Assembly: GCA_964187785.1 (NCBI GenBank) | Contig: OZ076409.1 | Span: 77,438,001 to 77,502,000, forward strand | Reading direction: 5' to 3' | Length of the DNA stretch: 64,000 nt | Origin: Amphiscolops sp. MND2022 | Taxonomy: Eukaryota | Shown here: positions 25,571-37,638 of the stretch, piece after piece | Numbering within the stretch: position 1 is the stretch's first letter | How the letters are laid out: each line of letters opens with the position of its first letter | Position numbers and translations under genes: made by a program | The notes under the pieces: generated by a model | The model's input: the letters and a program-made list of their open reading frames with translations, nothing else | What the model was told of the DNA's origin: nothing | The model's database searches: none

Positions 25571-26125
25571 GCGCTGTATCGGTATCCCATTTTTTGAAAG
25601 CTTACGATTTTGAAACACTTTCCGTAATTGAAAGAACCTTGGAAAATTTCAAAACAGACGAGTGCATACTCCGTTGATATACTTGCGTATACGGACAAAT
25701 TTTGACCACATTGGTTGGCGATCACTTGCGTAGCCTTTCTCATCTCAACGCGTGACGAATTTTGTGGGAAAAAAACATACCGAGTTTGTCCACATATCTC
25801 TTGTTTTACCAATAACGTTTGCACTCAAAATCCAACTTTGCGTGCTGCCAATGTTTCAGGGGTGTATCTGTGAGTTGGGGTGTAACAATTCAGTTTAACG
25901 GTGTACGCAATTGCGGTGTGTATATTCCCACAAACTTCGTCACGCATTGAGAGGAGAAAGGCTACGCAAGTGATCGCCACCCAATGTGGTCAAAATTTGT
26001 CCGTATACGCAGGTATATCAGCGGAGTATGGACTCATCTATTTTGAAATTTTTCAAGGTTCTTTCAACTATGAAACATTTTTCAAAATCGTACCTCTTTC
26101 AAATATTTGGTTACCAATACAGCAC
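25571..26125. repeat. Long imperfect inverted repeat, copy B
   Basis: Paralog of 16423-16977; ORF pair 25543-25824 - and 25901-26158 +. Confidence 0.85.
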
Positions 26126-26626
26126 ACATTCAATCATTGTCTGTGCGCCAAATCATAGGAATGTCCAGGATGCGTTTGATCTCATATCAGTTGAAAGGCT
26201 TCATAATTACCCCCCATTCATTAACACTATTGAGATGACATCAACGTGCAGGTTGCAAGAGAGATTGCAGGGAAACGAGATGTGTTTCTTACTATACCAC
26301 AATAACAACTTGTGGGTGGAAGTCTGAAATTTAACGTTTTGAAATGTTGAAGAAAATTATGGACAACTAATCGATGAACATTGACTCTGCAAAAAATTGG
26401 GAATGGTATAATTGTAATTTGAACAAATTTTTTCGTTAATTTATGTTTTTAATCATTTGTTGAATTTAGGTATCCTGTGTTGAAGTTTAACAAGTTCCAA
26501 AGTATTAAAACTGGAGTCCCACTTGGCGAATTCAACTGACAAAAGGTAGAATGAAATCAAGTCTGCTACGTTTTTTCAACAAACCATGCTATCAGAGTTA
26601 CTTGATGGCTGACAACAAAATGTGTA

Positions 26627-26990
26627 CTAGGTGAACCAAAAAAACGGAAGTTAGAAAAATTTTCGATTTCTCAAAGTTTCAAATAATGGTCAACAAAAGT
26701 TTCACAACATCTTTGAACGACTCGGATGCTGTCAATCATTCAAGTTGGCATCTTTACGTCGTAGCGAAAGAACTTTCACGCATTAAAAGTGTGAACGAAA
26801 CGACTGGTGAAGACGTCTAGACTATTTATGATGGTTCGAACCATCCTTAGCTGAAGATGCGATTACGTAACAGGAACTTCATTCTAAAAGACTGACAGAA
26901 AATTTGAAAGATTCTCGGTCTCTTGTTTACAAATAATACGATTTAGAAGAGGCAAAAGTTTTGTACGTTCCGTTTTTTTGGTTCACCTAG
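26627..26990. mobile_element. 364-bp Tc1/mariner-type MITE, copy B
   Basis: Same outer TIRs and TA flanks as 17479-17842. Confidence 0.85.
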
Positions 26991-27638
26991 TAAATGATTT
27001 TGAACAGTATTCAAAAATGTTTGTAAATCTGTAGGAAGACTCACGCTTTGAACTCAGTGAAAGGTATAATTTATACCAGCAGTCTGATTAAAATATAACT
27101 TTTGTATTCTCACGAATAAGATGCGTTCTAGAACTTTGAATTAAACATTGTAACTAAAACGTCGATCAAACGTAGCATCAAAGTCAAAATGATATAGCAG
27201 TTTTATATCTATAGTTTTGTTTGTAAATATAGACAGGTATACCTGTTTATATTTGTGTCTCACCGATAGCCCTACGTTTCTAATGGCGGACCAGGCCGCT
27301 CCATCAGCCAAAAAATGATTAAAAAAGGAAAAATTATTATTTCCGGAAGATTTGTGTCTAGCAATTAAAACACACAGGATGCGGGAAAACAAAAAACATG
27401 TGAAAGTGTTTACAAAATGCGGGGGAAATATTCATCCAAGATACATGTATGATTTTACAATTTTGAACTAAAATTTGAAGTCAATCGAAGGAATGACTCA
27501 TCGATTTCGAATAAAATTCCAATCACAACATAACGCCGCCTGCCATGATTTCGCAGGGAAGAAATTAACAAGAGCGTTAAACACGCAAGCGCAATAAAAT
27601 AAGGCACAGTAAAAGAAATGTAAGGTTAGGGAACAAAG

Positions 27639-30600
27639 TCATTTGAAATCATCATTGAAATTAGCATCAAACATTTTCTTCAATTTATGCACCGGTCGAT
27701 TGTAGATTCCTGTTGCGGTTTTTACTTTTACGACTCTCACAAACTTGTCTGTGCTGGTGTAGACAAGTTGGACTTTAGCCAATGGCCACTGTAGTGGGGG
27801 AACATTGTCATCAATTACAAAAACAATATCACCAACTTTCAAATTGGAAGTTTCTAGTCTCCATTTCTTTCTTTCTTGGAGGGAGAGTACATATTCTTTG
27901 ACCCATCTTTTCCAAAAATGAGAGACCATTTTCTGTATTTGTATCCATCTTTTTGTGGGTGAATGTGTACTGTCAGGGTTTTTCAAATCATCGGTAGTTT
28001 GGCTCAAGGGTAGATTCTCCAACTTTCCACCCAAGCAGAAATGAGCAGGAGTTAAGAAAAACTTGTCATTTGGATCTTCTGATAATGGGCAGATTGGTCT
28101 TGAATTCAAAATCATTTCAATTTGACCAAGTAGAGTACATAGTTCTTCAAAGGACAGAACTTTGTTTCCCATAACCATTCGGAGATGTGTCTTTGCACAC
28201 TTGATTGCTGATTCCCATGGGCCACCAAAGTGAGGAGCTCTTGGTGAGATGAAAAACCACTTGATGTGCAAGCCTGCTGCTTCAGCCTGCAAGGAGTCAC
28301 AGTGTTCATTCCTTAATATCTTTTGCAGGTCTGCTATTTCTTTCTCCGAACCAACAAAATTTTTCCCATTGTCACTGTAAAGATTTTTAGGACAACCTCT
28401 GTGAGAAACGAATCTTCTATTGGCTGCAATACATGCTGCTGTACTAAGATCAGAGACTAGTTCCAGGTGAACTTCTTTACTGGCAAAGCAAACAAAAAGT
28501 GCTAGGTAGGATTTCTCATGAGAATTCAGAGATTTCCTACAAAGGAAAGAACCAGCAAAGTCTAGGCCCACGTCCTCAAAGGCTTTTATAGGAGGGTCAA
28601 CTCTTGTCTTTGGAAGATCTCCCATCAAGGGGAAAACTGGCCTCGAGTTGAAGCGATTACTATTGACACAATTCATTATCATTTTTCGAACCAAATTTCT
28701 ACAACTGGGAATCCAGAAACGAGTTCTAATATGAGCAATTGTTTGACTAGTCCCACCATGGAGTGTCAGCTGGTGAGAGTTCAATACAATTAGACGTGCG
28801 AGGTGACTGTCTTAAGGAATTAGTCTTTTAAACTTGCTTTCCTCGGGCCACTTTGCATGTACTAATCTATCTCCGACACAACGAATGCCATTGTCGAGAA
28901 ACGGGTATAATTTGCAGATTTGACTCGTTGGCTTAACTTGTTGTGCAGTTTCTAGAGTTCGGATTTCTTCCGAATATCGTTTCTTTTGTTCTTGGTGAAT
29001 CAAAATTATGATTGACTCTGTTAACTCTGGGGCAGTAATGTAACTTGGTAAAACAACCACGTTCTTTTTCAGTTTGTCAATAAAACGTCTAGCGTAAGCA
29101 AGAACTCGGAGGACTTTGTATAAAGAGTTAAACCTCGACAAATCCATAACATCCTTTTTGGTATCCCTGTGAGCCACAGAGGTATGAATACTGGTAATTC
29201 CTGTTGTTAGAGTCAACTTTTTCAACTCTTCAGATGTTTCAACAATTGACAATGATTTCGGAAATTCCCCTGTTATTAACCACTTCGGACCATTCCACCA
29301 AAGGTCATGTTGGTTCATTTCGTCAGGGTTAATTCCTCGAGATGCAGGATCCGCAGGATTCTCCTCGGAACACACATGATTCCAATTGAATTTGTTTTCA
29401 CTTTGAATTTCACTAATACTGTTTGAAACAAAAGTTGACCAGCGAGATGGTTCTTTCGACAACCAACACAGAACTTTTGTTGAATCAGTCCACGCGAAGG
29501 TTTTCTCAATAACAACTGGCGTTCGACCAATAGACTTGATGACAGATTGATATAACCTAGTGCCTAGCAAAGCAGCACATAATTCTAATCTCGGAACAGA
29601 TTGTGTTTTCACGGGGGCTACCTTGGTTTTGGCAACAAGCAGGGATGACTTCCGCCTGTCATGAGAATCTGTGGCAACAATATAAATACAAGCGGCATAA
29701 GCCTTTTCTGATGCATCACAGAAGAGATGCAACTCAATCTTGTCCGAGAATCCATCAAGTAATACGAATCGTTGCAATTCCACATCCTTTAAAGAGATCA
29801 ATTTCGTTCTCCACTCCAAATATTGGTCGGAAAATTCGGAAGGGAGGTGATCATCCCATGAAATTTTTGCTTCCCAAGCCCTTTGCATTAACTGTTTCAA
29901 GAAAATGGTAACTGGTGACAACCAACCCAATGGGTCAAAAGTCTTTGAAATGTAACTAGCATTTGTTTTTTGGTCAAAACCTTTGCTTTAAAGTTTTCTT
30001 TTTCGATGTGGAAAATCTTAAAAACGAAGCGATCTTCGCTGTGTTGCCAAACAATACTGAGCGTTTTTATTGTATGGTCTTTGTCTAAAAACTCCAAGTT
30101 ATCATTTGCTTCGCGATACTCGGGCGGAAGGTCTAAGATAATGCTGGATTCGTTGGAAGTCTACTTGCGGAGATCGAATCTTCCTCGTTTAGGAGTTTCT
30201 ACTAATTGCTTTTGGAGTATTCGAGCTTCATCGATCGAAGTGGCTCCAGTGAGAATGCCATCAACATAAAAATCTCTCAATATAGCTCTTTGAACCTCAG
30301 TGGATACTTCCGACAAATTGGCACATTCTCGCAAAGCTCGGATTGAATGATACGATGAGGAAGCTACGCCATAAGTAACTCGGTTCATGCGTAACGTTTC
30401 AACCGGACCACCAGCTGTAAATCTCCAGAGGATCCGATGAAAGTCTCGATCGGCTTTATCCAGCTCAACTTGCCGATACATCTTCGCTACGTCAGCTGAT
30501 AAAGCAATCTTGAAAAAACGGAATCGCACGAGAATATTGAACAAGCATCTTGAAGTTTGGGACCAACTAGCAAACAATCATTAAGTGAAAAACCAGTTGT

Positions 30601-32919
30601 CGTTTTAGCACTAGCGTCAAATACAACACGCAATTTGGTGGTTGTACTATCTTCTTTCAGCACGCAATGATGAAGCAAGAAGCAGTTTGGAGAATTATCA
30701 ATCTCCCAGGGTTGGACCTTCTCCAAGTGTCCAAGGTCAATGAATTCTTGAATGAAAGCTGAATACTTTCGAGAAAGGTCGACATTATGGCGCAAAGTGT
30801 ATTCAAGACGAATGAAACGCTTCATTGCGTTCGCTTTCGAAAGTCCTAAATTATGGGGTCCATCTTTAAATGGCATCTGTACTACGAAACGGCCGTGTTC
30901 ATTGCGTTTTGTGGTGCTATCGAAGTGCTCTCCACAACGACGCTCATCCAAAGTTAAGTGTCTAGTTTCGGGGACACTTTCTATTTCCCAAAATTTCAAA
31001 AGGAGTTGGTCAGAGTCACAATTCGGAGTGGTAGTCATGTGGGATACAACGTTGTTGCTGCCAGACGAATACACAGGACCAGACACAATCCAACCGAATA
31101 CGGAATCCCGAATGCACAAGCCGTTGTCCTTTATTTTATTAACAAGCATAATGTCTTCTATAACATCTGCACCTAGCAAGTGATCAACCTTATTAGGAAC
31201 GTTGAAAGTGGGATCAGCTAAGTTAAGATTGTTCACATGGCGCATGGTCGAAACGTCAATTTCTTTACCAGGAATGGTATTGGAGATTTTTGGTATGAGA
31301 TGAAGATTAACTTCGATAGTATCATTCAACTTCACAGGCAATAAGCCTCGAGTTTTTTGGAAATGGGAAGAACCCATTGTAGAAACATTTATTTGGCTGC
31401 GCTGAGTTGGCAGCATGAGCGCCTTTGCAACATCTTCTGTTACGAAACTGGCTTGTGAACCGGAATCTAAGAGAGCCCGCAGCTTGATCGCGTCTCCCGA
31501 TGAATTCCGAATTGTTAAAAGAGATGTAGAAAGAAAAACAGTATTTATTTCATTGTCAGCACTAATGTGCCATGTGGTGAATTGCTTTGTAGACACCATT
31601 TTGTTGGAAGTTGAATTCATACTTGAATAAGTCTTTGTAGAGGTGCGTTGATCAGGGAGCTGTTTCTGAGGTCGATGAAGCAAGGTGTGATGTTTCATTT
31701 TGCACTCACGACAAGTGAACTTAGATGGGCACGCATAAGACTAGTGTCCTGATTGGAAGCAGTTGAAACAGAGTTTTTTGTCTTTTATGAACTTATGTCT
31801 ATCAGCAAGACACATTCCTTTGAATTGTGAACAAGCGTAAAGGCGATGATCCTCTTGGCAAGATTCACACGATGAGCCTTGAACAGCATAATTCTGAACC
31901 CTTTTGGTTAGAGTTGGGTTCCCTTGGTTGCAGAGAGATGTCACACTTGATTGCGGTGTGACCTTTGAGCCACCCGATTCGAGTGCACGACTTCTTGTGT
32001 CAAGGAATTTCGACAATAATTCCCAAGACAAAACGTCAGTGCCAGGATTATCCAGCTGCCACTGCTTACACGACTCTGGATCCATCTTCTCCGTCAGAAC
32101 AAAAATTAAGATAGCATTCCAGTGCTCTACTGGTTGACCAAGTTCAACGAGTGCTCGTAAACGCTCATTGGTGAGTTCCAGAAGTTTTCTCAATCCGAGA
32201 GCGGATTCAGTTTTCAAAACTGGCTGCGACCAAATTGCTTGCAAATAAGCTTGAATGATGCTCCTTTTATTTTCTTATCGATCTTTCATCAATGCAAAGG
32301 CAATATTGTAGTTTGCGTCAGTTATCGAGATTGAACTAATGAGTCTCGCTGCTTCACCCTTCACACAGGCTTTCAAATAGTTCAGCTTCTCTGAATTGGA
32401 GAGATGGGTATTAGAATCGACGGAGGCCTTGAATAGGTCAAAGAAACTCATCCAGTCAGTGTATGATCCAGTGAATGTTGGTAACTGAAGTTTAGGCAAC
32501 TTCAATCTACTCGATGTGACAGAGCTTGATGGAGAAGGGTCTGTTGAAGACTCACGCGGAGGTCTATCGCGTTCTTTTTTGTAATTCTCAATCAATGCAG
32601 ACAACCTAGCGATGGTAACACTAGCAGAAACATGGAACTCCGTTTGCTGTTCCAGTTCATTGGCTAAATCATCTTCATGTTCTATCAATAATTCAATTTC
32701 CGCATCAAACTTATGAATCATTGCAATTCTATCTTGTAATGTCTTCGGCAAAGCTTCACCTTGAAACAATTTAGTTGAAGAGTCAATAGCAGTGACCGTA
32801 AATTCATCAACTTTCTGTTACAATCTAGTGAAAGCACCTTTGTGACCACCTCGGATGCGAGTAAGATTTCTATCTTCAGTGGCTGGTTGTACGGAAGCAC
32901 AACTTTCAGTTACAGACAT
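27639..32919 (-). pseudogene. BEL/Pao gag-pol (gag, three Cys/His knuckles, PR, RT, RNase H, IN)
   Basis: ATG at 32919; KLPKLQLPTFTGSYTDWMSFFDLF; CESCQEDH, CFNCFQSGH, CRECKMKHHTLLH; RALLDSGSQ; ADVAKMYRQV; FYVDG (YVDD decayed); LFCDASEKAYAA; VGLDFAG; SDNGKNF. Multiple frameshifts and stops. Confidence 0.95.
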
Positions 32920-33061
32920 TTTTCAGATTACAATACAACACTATCACGAACAATAAACAAAGTAAATAATCCTCAAAGTCGAGTCGGATAGGCCACCGAT
33001 GAGCTAATCGTCCAGCGACCACACCGAACTCAACCCATAGGATGAAAAAAAACTTCTAAGG

Positions 33062-33754
33062 TTAAGTTGACTTCAAACTCTGCTCAAAAAGCTTCTTCAA
33101 TCTTCTTTTCCTTTGAGAAGGTTTCTTGCTGGGACTCATTGTATTTTGGGATAAAACTTTAAGATTGTTTCGGTGCTCCAAAACAATGAACAAAGACTTT
33201 AATTCAATATCCGCTACTGGATGAAGTCGGGAATATTCATTCAAAAGAGGAATATCATTCTGTTTTCTACGAGAAAGAAGATTTTCTGTGACTCGAAAAA
33301 CAATGAAATATTGATCACGTAGATCATCAAATGCATGGGGTGCACCAATACGTTCACAAAAGACTAAGGCTGTTAAACGAGATTTATATTTTAACAATTC
33401 AGTTGCTAATTCTTCAGGGGTAAGAGCTGTATTGTTATTTGATTTATGGGGAGTCAAGGTGTTGTTCAGAATGTCATGCCAAATAACTAATTGATTCGTA
33501 TTTTTACGAATACCATGATCCAGTAGAAAAGACAATTTGACCGTATCACTTTGAACATAGGGGTTCAAGCTCAAAGAAGGAATGGCTGTGATAAAGTTTC
33601 CAAGGGTATTTCGGTTATCAAAATCCAAGTTTTGTAAAGCTCGTTTTAGTGAACTTGCACTGATAACATTTATCATGAGTGAAGTTTTCGGGTTGCTAGG
33701 GGTAAGCTGAAGGTCGATCGGGGACTTCGTGAAAATGTGACTATCTGCATCCAA
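33062..33754 (-). CDS. Extra ORF between PBS and gag of the BEL element (230 codons from TTG; 204 aa from ATG at 33676), putative degenerate SGNH-hydrolase-like fold
   Basis: Uninterrupted frame with non-repetitive composition. Motif order VISASSLKR / AIPSLSL / VIWHDILNN / LVFCER / SRLHP parallels SGNH blocks I, II, III and V. The fold call is by eye. Confidence 0.65.
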   Translation of the reverse strand: MDADSHIFTKSPIDLQLTPSNPKTSLMINVISASSLKRALQNLDFDNRNTLGNFITAIPSLSLNPYVQSDTVKLSFLLDHGIRKNTNQLVIWHDILNNTLTPHKSNNNTALTPEELATELLKYKSRLTALVFCERIGAPHAFDDLRDQYFIVFRVTENLLSRRKQNDIPLLNEYSRLHPVADIELKSLFIVLEHRNNLKVLSQNTMSPSKKPSQRKRRLKKLFEQSLKST

Positions 33755-34057
33755 AATTTTAGGAAGTAATAATAAAGGACAAACTTTCAGGGGGGTCCAC
33801 AGTTTATTTTCACCGTCGAAAAAACGAAATGCCTTTAAGTTGTAAAATGGAAAGAGCTAACCGGGGAATGACGATCAATCGTGGATGAAGCTGACACTAG
33901 CAGGTTGAAGGGTTTGCAAGTTAGTTACTTGGTAATTAGTTACTTGACAATCGAGTGTTACTTTTGTAAGGACAACTTTTAGTACAAAGTTCCGAAAAAA
34001 GTAGTTTCTTTTCGAAAGTTCAAAGTTCGTATGTCCGGGGTCTATGGCGGACCAAAA

Positions 34058-34338
34058 TGTGTCTCACCGATAGCCCTACTTTTCTAATGGCGGACCAGGC
34101 CACTCCATCAGCCAAAAAATGATTATAAAAGGAAAAATAATTATTTCCGGAAGATTTGTGTCTAGCAATTGAAACACACAGGATGCGGGAAAACAAAAAA
34201 CATGTGAAAGTATTTACAAAATGCGGGGGAAATATTCATCCAAGATACATGTATGATTTTACATTTTTGAACTATAATTTGAAGTCAATTATTTGAAGGA
34301 ATGACTCATCGATTTCAAATGAAATTCCTTTCAGAACA
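34058..34338 (-). repeat. 5' LTR of BEL/Pao element (281 bp)
   Basis: Matches 18106-18386 and 27254-27530. Confidence 0.95.
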
Positions 34339-34577
34339 ATATTTATTTGTCATAGTGGTAAATTTTTTACCAATGCCGAGTCCGAAATTTTCTGATGTGA
34401 TATCAGTTTTTTTCTCAGATCTTGTTCCAGTGGTTCTTTCAGTAATTTTAGATGTTATTGTAGTGGTTCTTCGTGTAATTTTAGATGTTTTTTTAATGTT
34501 TTCGAAATTTTCAGTTGTCATTACGGTGGTTTCCTTCGTTTTTCATATGATTCAATCCGATTTCATGATTACAATTA

Positions 34578-34758
34578 TATAATTCCATGCGATTCCTTGC
34601 ATGGAACCATATGATTCCATGCGATTCCATGCATGGAACCATATAATTCCATACGATTCGATGCATGGAACCATATGATTCCATGCGATTCCATGCATGG
34701 AAACGGCATGAAATTATCGTATGGAACCATATGGTTCCATGCATGGAATCGCATGGAA
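34578..34758. repeat. 32-bp palindromic minisatellite (~5.5 units) with a terminal inversion
   Basis: Unit TATGATTCCATGCGATTCCATGCATGGAACCA at 34578, 34610, 34642 and 34674. Orientation flips at the palindrome ATGGAACCATATGGTTCCAT (34721-34740). Confidence 0.9.
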
Positions 34759-36891
34759 GACTTTTGAATTTGGATCCGACCGAAATACGGCAGTGGTGAT
34801 ATTGATCGGATGAACTGTATGACAAAAACGAAGTAATTTACCATCGATTTTCATAGATTTAGCATGAATGAAACTTGCGATACCACGTTTTTCAGCCAGA
34901 TATGGCTGGATAATTACAAATATCCATTGATCGTCCGAAATTCCATGATTGCTGATGAATTCAATTCAATTTTCGCAGAACAATTTTCCATCTCAATTTT
35001 AGTCGGCAAATTGGAAGAAAACGCAGACCATAGTGGTTGTTTTTTAATGTGCTTTTTTGATTTTTTCCGTTATGGGCAAGAATTTTTCTTTTTGAATCTT
35101 CAGAATAGGCCGTTCTCGGCTTGTTTTAAAGTTTTTTCAGCTAATTTGATATTCGTTCCTTCAATAACTATTTTGAATTTTAGAACAAGCTCACCGTTGT
35201 AAATCATGAGTTTATCAAATACTTTCAGTGTTGTCTCGGGCCATCTCTCAACCACTATCGGAAAAACTCGTTTCACAGTTTGCATCAGAACATCTTGTCT
35301 TTCGATTTCGTCTTCTAAGAAGTCATCTCCGATTCTTGTACCTGATTCTCCGGTATGATTCTCTTTTCCTAGCACAATCGCTGTCATCTGTCAGACCAAG
35401 TATTGCCACCATAAGATGTGTTTTTTGCGGCTTCGAGTAGCCTGGGATTTTCGAGCAAGCTTTGGGGGTTGGTGCAAACAATGTCTGCTGCTTTGTCAAT
35501 ATCATTTGACGATATTATTTCTCTGATGTTGGCTTCATCAGTCGGTGAATTACAGCAGTTTATAGAAGCGTTTATTGACTGCAAAGAAGATGGTGAGGAC
35601 CATGTCATCTATTTTCCCCCTTGTTGTTCCCCCCTGGTACATCTGTTCCCACATGGTACACCTTGTTGGGAATTCCCCTCCCCCCCCCAACACGAAAGCA
35701 CATTTTGTTCTAGAATAAAAATATTTCACTGATAAGAGAATATTATATGAATGTAAATACTTAGATGATTGTCTCTACAACTGTTTGGACACTTCAGGCA
35801 AAAATCACCATAATTGTTTGATATTATTGCCCAAAATAGCAGAAATTCACGATTGGAGCAACCTAAAATCGTATAAAATGGCCCCTATTTCAGCGCAAAT
35901 TTTGTCCGCTATGTAAACTAATGAGCAACTTTTAACTGACAGTCAATGTGATGGATAGGATTATGTCGAGATCAATTAGTTTATTGGACGAAATTTTATA
36001 CGCAAACGATGTCAACATAATGTATTCGAACGTTCTGTCTTATTTCCCCCGCCGCAATTTGGGGGCGCATAGATGACATGGTCCGATGGTGAAAACAAAA
36101 TCTTTGAATCATTGCCTATCATTTCATGCGGAGAATATCAATGGAATATTTCAAAAAGTGGCATTTGTTTGGGGCTCTGAGAATATTATGCGAACATCTG
36201 ATCTAATTTGAAGGACTTTAACGAAACTCAAGTCTTGCACAGGGCGCCAATTGATCAAAATTTTGCCAGGAGAAATCTCAGTTCACATTGTTTCTCGGAA
36301 ATAGAGAAGAGAAGTTTTTAAATTATCGTTATTTCGCAGCCTTTCTTGTCACTGCTAAAACACCGCTGCTAACAGCGAAAGTATTACGCACCCTAGTCGA
36401 AGTTATAAAACATCGTTATTTTTTATAAAACATGGAAAATTCAGGGACCATGCATGGAAAAATATTGTAGGATTACTATGCAGCTTTCACTATTTGAGTT
36501 AAAACTGAAAACATTTCCACTTCTTCACCACCGCGATCATTTTGTTTTCACGCGTTTGTTTCTCAAATAAGTACCTTATGTAAACACCGTTAGTCCGACT
36601 GAGTCAAATAGCACGCTGAATATGACGCTACTTTGAAACTTATAATGTGACCGAAGTTTATTTGCATTGAAAGCGCGGTAAAATTAATGATGGTCTCAGC
36701 TGCTTTCAAAACTAGAACCGCGTCGTAATGAAACCTGCAAAACTTGGCAGCGCAAAATTGCCGCCAAATTTAGGATGCATTTTATAGGCAGCTTGATAAA
36801 ATTAAATCGAATCAGTGAAGTTTTGTTGCATGATCGTTTCTTTGAGATTTTTTTATAAAATCATGGAAAATTAGGTTGGTAACCTACAAAA

Positions 36892-37638
36892 GATAATGGC
36901 ACCCTATACCCAACAAAATTTTCGAAGTTTGACGATTTTCTGAAAATTTCGTTCAAAAGTGACGTGGCCCTCAAACATGAGTTCACGAGGTACCAGTCCC
37001 GCAAAAAATCATAAAGAGCGTGGACAAGCAAAGCCCGCGAGGCGGAAAAAGTGACACGACGGTAAAAGAAGCGTGTACAACGTCACAGAATCGAGAAATC
37101 GTAAGCCCATGCGCTAATTGCCACGGTGCCCATCGTAAATCAGACGGAACCAGCATGTCCGAGTGATTGCAGCGCCCGAACCCAGGGTTGTGTCGAACCC
37201 GAGAATCAATGCCATGCCACCCTGAGTGATTTTAGATTCGCCAGACTGGATTTTCATGCCTTTTTGATGTGTTCATTGATTTGTTTGATGAATTCTTTAC
37301 TCGAGAGCTACCTTTGTTAATGTTAATGTCATTTACGATGGATTTCCATCTGGACCATTTAATTCAGTTCTATGCAGCTTAACCCTATTTCTACAGGCTA
37401 TTACAGTGACTATTACACAGTGGATACGAGGAAAGAGCGTAATTCATTTGACTAGTAGCAGTTACAGACCGGAACTGGTCAGAAAGCATCCTTAGAGACG
37501 GTTCTCCCTTCTCGGGACCGGCATTCCCTAGGACAAAATGAACTGGAATCATGGCGATCAGTCCCGGATCATTACCCATGGCTTCAGTTCCTCCACCCTG
37601 CCTGCGTAGCGAACAAACGCTAAGCGCTTTTCGTTACA
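36892..37638 (+). repeat. 5' LTR of giant Gypsy (~747 bp)
   Basis: Colinear with 54999-55694, plus an extra segment near 37000-37040 and small duplications. Confidence 0.9.

Larger units (their letters stand above)
11989..30305. repeat. Tandem segmental duplication, ~9.15-9.17-kb unit (copy A 11989-21160, copy B 21158-30305)
   Basis: Colinear near-identical sequence at offsets 9168 (LTR 13311 vs 22479) and 9148 (MITE 17479 vs 26627). Junction CTCAGTG-GAT-TTTCTTGCAGG joins BEL pol to Gypsy pol through a shared GAT. Confidence 0.95.
27254..34338 (-). mobile_element. Full-length BEL/Pao LTR retrotransposon, 7,085 bp, non-functional, with an extra 5' ORF
   Basis: LTRs 27254-27530 and 34058-34338 (TG...CA); TSD ATATT (27249-27253 / 34339-34343); PBS TGGTCCGCCATA (34043-34054); PPT-like GGCGGCGTTA (27531-27540); BEL-type gag and pol motifs. 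Confidence 0.95.

Noticed and set aside
18106-34338. A single 16.2-kb BEL element with a nested Gypsy insertion
   Set aside because: The internal Gypsy piece has one LTR, no TSD, and is followed by duplicated flanking DNA and a third BEL LTR. A tandem duplication explains it.
34301-34582. Thr-rich mucin-like ORF (34315-34521 -) and Val-rich antisense ORF
   Set aside because: Produced by a short 33-bp tandem repeat and low complexity; no supporting gene structure.
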